From assembly GCA_963754945.1 (NCBI GenBank), contig CAVWIG010000053.1:1-28494 (forward strand): DNA of 28,494 nt, given 5' to 3'. Within the stretch, counting starts at the first letter, position 1, and each line of letters opens with the position of its first letter. Below, piece by piece: positions 1 to 7,753 of the stretch. The notes beneath the pieces were generated by a model. The model did not search any database. It saw only the letters and a list, made by a program, of their open reading frames with translations, and was not told where the DNA came from. The position numbers were made by a program, and so were the translations under genes. This stretch comes from Methanotrichaceae archaeon (lineage in GTDB: Archaea > Halobacteriota > Methanosarcinia > Methanotrichales > Methanotrichaceae).

Positions 1-148
1 AACGTTTCAGTCGGCGGACCCCGCTGCAAGCAGCGGGGCATGTTCCCGCCGACGCATAAAAATGCTCTACGAAATCTGAAGCATCCTTAAGTTGGAGTTA
101 CATGCTCTTTATCCCAGCCGCAGCAAGCTGCGGGGTATTGCGTTTTAA
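1..148 (-). mobile_element. Non-autonomous IS200/IS605-type element (PATE/MITE-like): both ends of the IS200 at 10652-11243 joined by about 28 bp; cut by the window start
   Basis: 1-55 (aacgtttcagtcggcggaccccgctgcaagcagcggggcatgttcccgccgacgc) aligns to IS end 10656-10710. 84-139 (ccttaagttgg...catgctc...ccgcagcaagctgcggggtatt) aligns to the other end 11187-11234. No tnpA in between. Confidence 0.85.
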
Positions 149-218
149 CAGGTACCATAAAAAGTGCCACTATTTCTATTGCTATCGATTCCAGACTTTA
201 AAATATAGTGTATTAATA

Positions 219-542
219 ATCAAACTGCGTGCGGCCACCCCACCCTAAAGGATGGGGTATGCTTCGGGCCGCACGCCCTCACGCCCGGTTTTATGGAATC
301 CAGAAATCGTCGAGTCTTCGTTGCCCTGATCTCCTTGGTCTGCACGATTGATACTTTGCTTCGGTTTCCCCTGAGAATCCTTATTGTTGTGCTGATTGCG
401 TCAGCAGTCACATTTCCAACGGATCGAAGGAATTTGCCATTGAACATAATAGATTTCCACCCCCAAAAAGGGGCGAGGGTTCACTTCATCCCCGACCTGA
501 AGGTAGGGGTATTCGTGACCCTCCGCGCTCCCGATGTAATAA
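219..542 (-). mobile_element. Internally deleted IS200/IS605-type element (second subtype) retaining a frameshifted tnpA 3' end
   Basis: One end has an outer stem gcgtgcggcc(227-236)/ggccgcacgc(267-276) enclosing hairpin ccccaccct-aa-aggatgggg. The other end has hairpin ccccgacct-ga-aggtagggg (490-509) followed by tatt, with ATAAA (TTTAT on minus) at about 539-547. The minus strand encodes GKFLRSVGNVTADAI (TnpA C-terminal-like) and, in another frame, GQRRLDDFWIP*. Confidence 0.75.
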
Positions 543-740
543 ATAAAATTTAAAATTTAAAAAGTTTGCATTTATTTGATTTATGCGAACTTCAACGACG
601 GCACACTGTATGGCGTAAACACGAGTAAGTAGGAGCCAAAATACGAGGAAAAAGTCTGTGTGACAATTTTCCTGCATTAATAATCTTTATGTAAATTATC
701 TAATCTATTATTAGTCAAAATAAAACGTAATTTAATATCT

Positions 741-759
741 CCTTACTGCGGGATATGGG
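741..759. repeat. Solitary degenerate IS1634-like terminal inverted repeat
   Basis: ccttactgcgggatatggg resembles ctttactgcggaatgtggg (1127-1145); no partner TIR seen upstream. Confidence 0.55.
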
Positions 760-863
760 AAAAAAGGTATGATTTTTCGGCGAAAACTACTCATTGCGAA
801 GAAATCTGTTAGTAAATAGAAATCCTCTGAATACAGTCATTATATAATTGGATTTACCTTTAT

Positions 864-1145
864 CCGACATTCCGCAGTAAGGATTGAATGATGAATAATT
901 TGCCTGATAGCGATTTAGCAATTTGTTTATAAAACCTAATCATATAAAATTAATTATAATCTCATTTGCCAAGCCCTTTGCGGCGATTCCAGGACCAAGA
1001 TCCTATTCAGGAATCTGCATTTGGCCACGTTTTGCAAAATCTATAAATTTGAAAAATAAATGCATATTTTGAAATATTTATTAATATAGCGAAATCGCTA
1101 TGCAGAAAACTATTGGCTCAATTGAGCTTTACTGCGGAATGTGGG
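864..1145. mobile_element. 282-bp MITE with IS1634-like TIRs and 5-bp target-site duplication
   Basis: Left TIR ccgacattccgcagtaagg vs right TIR reverse complement cccacattccgcagtaaag (17/19). TTTAT flanks both sides (859-863, 1146-1150). Subterminal inverted motif atagcgattt (907-916)/aaatcgctat (1092-1101). No ORF. Family assignment is from recalled TIR style. Confidence 0.8.
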
Positions 1146-1402
1146 TTTATTGGTCCAGCTGGCACTATCTCGAAATCCAGTGATTTTGGCTTTTCCTAAA
1201 ACATGGCTATCGTCCCCAAGATCCAAAAACCCGTACACGTAGGTTGTCTGGACATACAGAAGGCTCTTCTGTCTGGTGCCCCGATCTAGTGAAATCACTG
1301 GGAAATGCGATTGTGCCGTCCAGCTTCAAAAGTCCGAATAAAGATCCATCACTCTGAACAGATCCATGCCGTACTTCATGCAGGATGTTGAGATGTAGAT
1401 GG

Positions 1403-2425
1403 TCAGGAGACGTATCCTCCTCGCGACCTGAACCACTCCACTGTACGCTGCAGGCCATCTTCCAGATTCACCTTTGGCTCCCAGCCCAGAAGATTTCTTG
1501 CCCGCGAGATATCCGGCCTTCTGCGGAGTGGATCATCCTCCGGCAGAGGATGATAAGTTATGCCCGATCTGGAGCCTGTAATATCCTGGACCATCTTTGC
1601 TACATCTATTATCTTAGTCTCCTTATCATTTCCGATATTTACTATAGACCCTTGCGCCTCATCCTGCCCAGCAAGTCTTAGCAACCCTTCTATCTGGTCA
1701 GTAATATATGTGAAGCTTCTGGTTTGGGTACCTTCTCCAAATATCGTTATAGATTTGTCGCTCAAAGCCTGGCTTATGAACCTAGGAACTGCCCTGGCGT
1801 AAATGCCGTCCCATCTTATTCGCGGGCCATAGGTATTGAAGATGCGAGCTATTCTTGTATCCAGGCCATATTGTCTTCTGTATGCCACGACATAAGCCTC
1901 CCCACACCGCTTGGCTTCGTCGTAACATCCCCTCGGCCCGACTGAGTTGACGTTGCCATAATAGCTCTCCGGCGTCGGGACGACTTGTGGGTTACCGTAG
2001 ATCTCGCTTGTTGATGTGTAAATTAACCTTGACTTATGCTTCTTTGCAATCTCAAGAGCGACCATTAGTCCAATGGTATTAGCTTTGAGGATCTCAATCG
2101 GATAGTGCTCGAACTCGAAAGGGGAGGCTCTACTAGCCATGTGGATCACAAGATCTAACCTCTCATCGAAGCTGATGGGCTCCGATATATCGTGCTTTGT
2201 GAAATGAAATCTATCTGAATCCAAATGATGGGAAATATTGGACTGAAGACCACTTGCAAGATTGTCTACACATTCGACTTCGGCTCCTTGGGCGACTAGA
2301 ACGTCGCATATCCACGAACCAAGAAACCCTGCTCCGCCTGTAACAAGAACTCTCTGGTCCTGGAACGATATACATCCCAGATTCTTGCTAATATCATCAA
2401 TTTCTTTACTATTATTCCATGCCAT
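1403..2425 (-). CDS. uxs: UDP-glucuronate decarboxylase (UDP-xylose synthase)-like NAD-dependent epimerase/dehydratase
   Basis: GGAGFLGS Rossmann motif, ASRASP, TSTSEIYG, GPRGCYDEAKR (YxxxK), RIFNTYGPR, GTQTRSFTY, LPEDDPLRRRPDI. Confidence 0.85.
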   Translation of the reverse strand: MAWNNSKEIDDISKNLGCISFQDQRVLVTGGAGFLGSWICDVLVAQGAEVECVDNLASGLQSNISHHLDSDRFHFTKHDISEPISFDERLDLVIHMASRASPFEFEHYPIEILKANTIGLMVALEIAKKHKSRLIYTSTSEIYGNPQVVPTPESYYGNVNSVGPRGCYDEAKRCGEAYVVAYRRQYGLDTRIARIFNTYGPRIRWDGIYARAVPRFISQALSDKSITIFGEGTQTRSFTYITDQIEGLLRLAGQDEAQGSIVNIGNDKETKIIDVAKMVQDITGSRSGITYHPLPEDDPLRRRPDISRARNLLGWEPKVNLEDGLQRTVEWFRSRGGYVS

Positions 2426-2457
2426 AAGATTCCCGCCCAGAACAATTCTCTCAATGA

Positions 2458-3351
2458 TCAGTCTCGCAGCAAAGTTCTCATGAAGGCTTTTATCTCATCG
2501 GCGAATTCCTCCCTGGCCAGGGTCATCTCAATGCTCGATTTCATCCAGCCGAGCTTGTCACCGATATCGTAACGTTTGCAGCAGGCGACGAGGCCAATAG
2601 AACCATTCAGGCACCTCAGAGCGTCAGTAAGTTGTATCTCGCCTCCGTGTCCCGGCTTAACATTTCGGAGTATGTCGAAGATATCAGGTGTCAATATGTA
2701 CCTGCCTATAGCTCCAAGATTAGAAGGTGCCTCCTTTGGAGACGGCTTTTCCACTATATCCCTAATCTTGTAAACGCCATCTTCCAGCAGCGTACCATCT
2801 ATGATACCATAGTCCTTAACCTTATTCTCGGGAACTTGCTCCACAGCCACAATTGTCTTCTGATATTTGTGGAAGACGTCTATCATTTGGCTGGTGCAGG
2901 TTTTAGCGCCGTTGCACGGAACTGTTATTGTATCTCCGAGCAGCACAACAAATGGCTCGTCATCGCAGTGTCTCTCTGCGTGCAGGATCGCATCGCCCAG
3001 ACCTTTCTGCTCCTTCTGTCTAATGTAATGGATATCAGCCATATTTGAGATCTGCCTTTCCAGATCAAAAAGCGTCGAATCGCTCTTCTTCTTAAGCTTT
3101 CTCTCCAGCTCGCATGATAGATCAAAATGATCTTCAATCGCCCGCTTGCCCCTTCCAGTTATTATTAGTATATCCTCTATTCCGGACGAAATGGCTTCCT
3201 CCACGACATACTGTATGACCGGCTTATCTACAACTGGCAGCATCTCCTTAGGCTGTGCTCTGGTTATGGGAAGAAAACGGGTGCCCATGCCTGCTGCTGG
3301 TATAACCGCCTTCCTAATGCCGAATTTTTTCAACATATCATCCTTAAGCAT
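2458..3351 (-). CDS. galU: UTP--glucose-1-phosphate uridylyltransferase
   Basis: KAVIPAAGMGTRFLP, PKEMLPVVDKP, QKGLGDAI, LLGD, IVEKP, GEIQLTDAL. Start moved to ATG 3351, just after the ugd stop (3336 also possible). Confidence 0.92.
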   Translation of the reverse strand: MLKDDMLKKFGIRKAVIPAAGMGTRFLPITRAQPKEMLPVVDKPVIQYVVEEAISSGIEDILIITGRGKRAIEDHFDLSCELERKLKKKSDSTLFDLERQISNMADIHYIRQKEQKGLGDAILHAERHCDDEPFVVLLGDTITVPCNGAKTCTSQMIDVFHKYQKTIVAVEQVPENKVKDYGIIDGTLLEDGVYKIRDIVEKPSPKEAPSNLGAIGRYILTPDIFDILRNVKPGHGGEIQLTDALRCLNGSIGLVACCKRYDIGDKLGWMKSSIEMTLAREEFADEIKAFMRTLLRD

Positions 3352-3358
3352 TTTATGT

Positions 3359-4630
3359 TTACCAGCATATTCCTTCTGCATCCTTGCAAGAGAGCACTCT
3401 TCTGCCATCGATAATAACCCTAGATCGCATTAGGTCAAATTCTTTGTCCAACTCGCCAAACTCAGGCCATTCTGTCAAAACAAGACAGGCATCTGCACCA
3501 GCTAACGCACAGGAAGCGCTTTCACAATATTCTATGCCAGGCAATCTCTTTTGCATGGATGCGTTGGCCTTGGGATCGTAAGCTGCAATCGATGCACCCA
3601 TTCTTACAAGCTCTTTTATTACCAATTCAGCCCTTGACTCTCGCACATCATCGGTATCGTTCTTGAATGCAAGGCCGAGAATTGCGACTCTATTGCCTTT
3701 GATATCTCCTTTCTTCATAATAAGAAGTTCTACAATTTTCTGAGGTTGTCGGTCGTTTACTTCCAGGACCGACTTGAGCAGAACTGGATCCAATTCCATA
3801 TTCTCCGCAAGCCGAATGAGAGCCGAGACGTCCTTAGGGAAACAACTACCCCCAAATCCTACACCAGCGTTTAGAAAGTGAGGCGATATTCGGTGGTCCA
3901 TTCCGACTCCACTCATCACCTCATATACGTCTACACCTAGCTTCTTGCAGATGTTTCCGATTTCGTTGGAGAAAGAGATCTTCGTAGCCAGAAAAGAGTT
4001 GGAGGCATATTTAATCATCTCGGCCGCGGTTAGACCAGTTCTAAGAACCGGTGCATCGATTCCATGATAGGAGGATTCGACTATATCTCCAGCTCTTTCA
4101 TCCTGACTACCGATTACGATCCGATCTGGTCTCATAAAGTCCTGGATTGCTAGACCCTCCCTCAAGAATTCTGGGTTCATGGCGAAGCCAATTTCGTTAA
4201 TGCTTTTGCAGCTATGCCTTAAGACCTCGGACTTGACGAGTGACTCGGTGGTTCCTGGAGGAACGGTGCTCTTCACCGCTACTACATGGTATTCCTTCTT
4301 TCTCCGGAGGGCTTTTCCTATCGAAACACACGCCGATTCCACAATAGACAAATCTGCACTACCATCCTTCCCAGCAGGTGTACCCACGCAAATAAATGTA
4401 AGATCGGAGCTTGCGAGATCCTCATAACTATTAGTTGCATAGAGATCTCTGCCAGCATGCAGGCATAGAAGTTCATCCAAGCCTTTTTCGTAAATGGGTG
4501 GCATGCCAGAATTGATAGCCTCGACCTTATTCTCGTCTACCTCAATCAGCTTGATAGAATGCCTGAGCTCCGCCAGGCATACCGATGAAACCAGCCCGAC
4601 ATACCCACCGCCCACAACAGATATTCTCAT
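3359..4630 (-). CDS. ugd: UDP-glucose 6-dehydrogenase
   Basis: GGGYVGL, CVGTP, VKSTVPPGT, NPEFLREG, AEMIKYASN, GFGGSCFPKD (catalytic Cys), GLAFKNDTDDVRES. Confidence 0.93.
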   Translation of the reverse strand: MRISVVGGGYVGLVSSVCLAELRHSIKLIEVDENKVEAINSGMPPIYEKGLDELLCLHAGRDLYATNSYEDLASSDLTFICVGTPAGKDGSADLSIVESACVSIGKALRRKKEYHVVAVKSTVPPGTTESLVKSEVLRHSCKSINEIGFAMNPEFLREGLAIQDFMRPDRIVIGSQDERAGDIVESSYHGIDAPVLRTGLTAAEMIKYASNSFLATKISFSNEIGNICKKLGVDVYEVMSGVGMDHRISPHFLNAGVGFGGSCFPKDVSALIRLAENMELDPVLLKSVLEVNDRQPQKIVELLIMKKGDIKGNRVAILGLAFKNDTDDVRESRAELVIKELVRMGASIAAYDPKANASMQKRLPGIEYCESASCALAGADACLVLTEWPEFGELDKEFDLMRSRVIIDGRRVLSCKDAEGICW

Positions 4631-4857
4631 GAAAGCTCCTGACTTTTTATCGCTAGCGGCTTATTGAAAGGGCTAATATCATAAAAGGTTACCTGAACCG
4701 AAGAGATAATGCTTGGTTTTGGAAGCATGCACAAGCCAGAAAAGCGGGATAGCTGCTTTTGAATTGGATCTGAGGCGATGTCGCTGCTTCATTGTTTGCA
4801 AGAGCATTGTGCGTTGCTCTGGAGATGAGACTAGATTCGCCTCCCTGGCCGGAAGCG

Positions 4858-5784
4858 TTAAGTTCTCCCTGAAAAGCTATATCCCCCTGATGCCCCTGTG
4901 ACAGGTGGAACCGTCGCCCCGTACAACGCCTGTGCACCTGCCTTGTCCCCCGGTCCCAGGCTGTGCCTCGGGCCTATGTAGAAGTTCATTATCTCGTCAG
5001 TGTCGCTGGAAAATTGCGGCTTATTATAAATATCATCCAGCCCTATCGTGTGCCCCAGCTCGTGCAGAGCCACCGACTGTACATCGATGTCCTGGCCATT
5101 GCCATCTGTGGCCCAGTGATAATTCGTGTTGTAGAGCGTGTCGGAATCATAGACAGGATAGTATCCGTTCACCCTTGTCGTGTAGTAACGAGTTGTAGTG
5201 ACCGCCAGTCCTCCGCTTATAGACCCCCAGGCATACACATTCTTATTGTCATCGGCATTAGCCTGTACATTTGGATCAACGGTCACAAGAGCCTCGCCGT
5301 CTGCGAATAAATTCTGTGCCACGGCATTCTCCCATGTGTTGGCTGCAGAGGCAATGGCGTTCTTGGTGGCGGTGAGGTCAAGATAATTGGGTAATGTATC
5401 AGACTTGAGATACAACTTGATCTGTGGGTCTGTCGTCACCCACTTCCAACCAGTCAGAACATAGGCGTTGGGGTTGTTCAGGTAATTCACTGAGGAGGAT
5501 GTATCACCGATCCCCGCTGATGCAACTGATGAGGCCGTTGACGCCGATTCAGCCTCGGATTTGGCCGCTTTCTGCCCTAAATCTGCCTCATAATCGGCCC
5601 GGCTCATGCTCGTTGCCTGCATCGAAAAGGTCCCTAGGTTTCCCATCTGATCTAAGCGCAAACCATTTATGGACATTCCCGTTCCCTGCTCGGAGACGTC
5701 CTTCAGGTCCCCTTCACCTAACCATTGCTTCCCGTCCACAGAAACTGTATGCCACGCAATCCGCCTTGCCCCTGGACTGATCAT
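4858..5784 (-). pseudogene. Matrixin/metzincin-type zinc metalloprotease, 5' part lost at a junction with an IS5 remnant
   Basis: HELGHTIGLDD zinc motif, Met-turn EIMN, LGPGDKAGAQALYG. The ORF begins where the IS5 transposase homology stops; no signal peptide. Could still be expressed as a truncated protein. Confidence 0.7.
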
Positions 5785-6195
5785 CGTATACGTCGCACTT
5801 AATCAAACGTTCACGGAATAGCCAAACTGTGCTGAAATCAGGAATTACTTCAGTGGTGCCAAGGAAAATACGAAAAGAGATCCTATCCGCAACCTGTCGC
5901 TCCAGTTCTGGATCTGTTAGACCAAACCAATGCTGAATTACGAGAGCTTTCACCATAATCACGATGTCAATGTTCGGACGACCTCCGCGGCTAGTTTTAT
6001 TTTTGTATATCAATGGTTCCAAAAATCTGAAACGCTCCCAATTGATCAACGATCCGATCTCGGATAGATCATCTCCGAGGGCTTTTACTCGAGCATATTC
6101 TGCTCGAATGGCAAAATCAATGAGAGTCCTCATGCATTATATTATAGTATTAATAGTATATAAGTATTTCGATTGATTAGTTTTTCGAAACTCTC
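5785..6195 (-). mobile_element. IS5-family remnant: left end plus N-terminal ~116 codons of the transposase (ORF 5714-6133)
   Basis: INWERFR, GGRPNIDIVIMVKALVIQHWFGLTDPELERQVADRISFRIFLG, IPDFSTVWLFRERL are typical of the IS5 N-terminal domain. DDE domain absent. Probable TIR GAGAGTTTCGAAAAA starts at 6195 on the minus strand. Confidence 0.85.
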
Positions 6196-6631
6196 CATTA
6201 TCTTCTACTTGATGAATAGCCAAATGCAACCACGAGGCTAATGGCTGGAACTTATCCGAAAGTTCAGAAGAATAAGAAAGTGCAGGCCTTCAAGCGATGT
6301 ATACTCTCGGAGAAGCTAGATAGTCCAAGAAGGCACGGAAACCTACACATACTGGACGGCCTCCTGAGGTGAAAGCAAGCGAGAAGAGGAGGACTATCCA
6401 CCAGAATGGAGGTATCCGAAATAGATACTGAGTTGGAGAAGTAGGGCAAGGTATTCTTTACTCTGCACCGGGATAAATATGAAAATTATAATGTAAAAAT
6501 GAAGAATATTAAAAACAATAACAAGATTGATTCGGCAGGAAATCTTGGCCGATCTCTAGATAACATTAATAAATAGCCAAGATGATAATCAGCTAAACAA
6601 ATCGGGCCGAATAAGTAAAGGAGTTTATGCG

Positions 6632-7753
6632 ATGCCTTCTGAGCCAGGGGTGGTCAACGATAATCTCAAAGAGATGCCCTTTCAATGCAGAAAAGAAGTG
6701 AATAAATTGCATATGGCTCAGCAAAGATTTCAGTCTGTTTTCGAATATGCTCCTTTCGGACTGGTACTAATTGATAAAGATGGAAATTTTTGCCAAACCA
6801 ATCCAAAATTCAGAGAACTATTTGGCTATGATTTGAAAGAGGTCTCAAATGGGAGGGATTGGTTCAGACTAGCATATCCTGACCAGGTATATAGGCATGA
6901 AGCGATATCTGCCTGGATTGGCGATTCAAGGGTTGCCAAACCAGGAGAAAGGAGACCGAGGGTTTTTACAGTTACTTGCAAGAATAAAACCAGAAAGATA
7001 ATTAAATTCGTTGCTGTAAAGCTAGAAGATGGCGATAATTTACTAACTTGTGAAGATATCACAGAAAGCAAAAGGTCTGACGATGCTCTGAAATCTGCAC
7101 ATGATCAGCTATTCCGTATTATCGATTTCTTGCCCGATGCTACTTTTGTCATAGATCGCGATAAGAAAGTAATCGCTTGGAATCGGGTAATGGAAGAGAT
7201 GACAGGCGTAAGTAAAGAGGATATTATTGGCAAGTCCAATTATGCTTATAGTGTTCCATTTTATGGAGAACCCAGACCAATTCTCATAGACCTAATCGAC
7301 AACCATAATGATGAGATCGAATCGAGATATGCCAATATCGAACGAAAGGCAAGCGCTATCTGTGCAGAAGCCTATGTGCCATCTTTGTTTGGAGGAAAGG
7401 GGGCATACGTCTGGGCCACAGCATCTTTGCTCTATGATAACGATGGCAATCTGATCGGATCAATCGAGTCTATACGCGATATCACTAATCGCAAGCAGGC
7501 AGAAGAAGCTTTGCGTCGCAGTGAGGGGAAGTACAGGGAACTGGTCGAAAACGCGAATAGTATTATTTTCAGGAGGGATACTGCAGGGAATGTGACATTC
7601 TTCAATGAATTTGCTCAGAAGTTCTTTGGCTACAGTGAGAAGGAGATGCTGGGCAAAAATGTCATAGGAACTATAGTTCCAGAATTTGAGTCGACAGGTA
7701 GAGATTTGCGGAAGATGATAGAGAATATTGGCGCGTCTCCTGATCGGTACTAA
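6632..7753 (+). CDS. N-terminal part (PAS-PAS-partial PAS) of a frameshifted hybrid sensor histidine kinase
   Basis: PAS signatures: FEYAPFG...NPKF...EDIT; [13 protein letters not shown]...WN...RDIT; LVENANSII...FFNEFA. The third PAS domain is cut by TAA at 7751-7753. Confidence 0.85.
   Translation: MPSEPGVVNDNLKEMPFQCRKEVNKLHMAQQRFQSVFEYAPFGLVLIDKDGNFCQTNPKFRELFGYDLKEVSNGRDWFRLAYPDQVYRHEAISAWIGDSRVAKPGERRPRVFTVTCKNKTRKIIKFVAVKLEDGDNLLTCEDITESKRSDDALKSAHDQLFRIIDFLPDATFVIDRDKKVIAWNRVMEEMTGVSKEDIIGKSNYAYSVPFYGEPRPILIDLIDNHNDEIESRYANIERKASAICAEAYVPSLFGGKGAYVWATASLLYDNDGNLIGSIESIRDITNRKQAEEALRRSEGKYRELVENANSIIFRRDTAGNVTFFNEFAQKFFGYSEKEMLGKNVIGTIVPEFESTGRDLRKMIENIGASPDRY

Noticed and set aside
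741-883. Alternative MITE bounded by the inverted pair 740-769/855-883
   Set aside because: No TSD for that pairing, whereas 864-1145 has an exact TTTAT duplication.
1110-1458. Short minus-strand ORFs downstream of uxs
   Set aside because: No recognisable motifs; they overlap a gene end or the MITE TIR. A decayed gene cannot be excluded.
6240-6445. Possible decayed gene (fragment TYTYWTAS* recalls a hypothetical family in related methanogens)
   Set aside because: Only a few residues, interrupted by stops; cannot be supported without a search.
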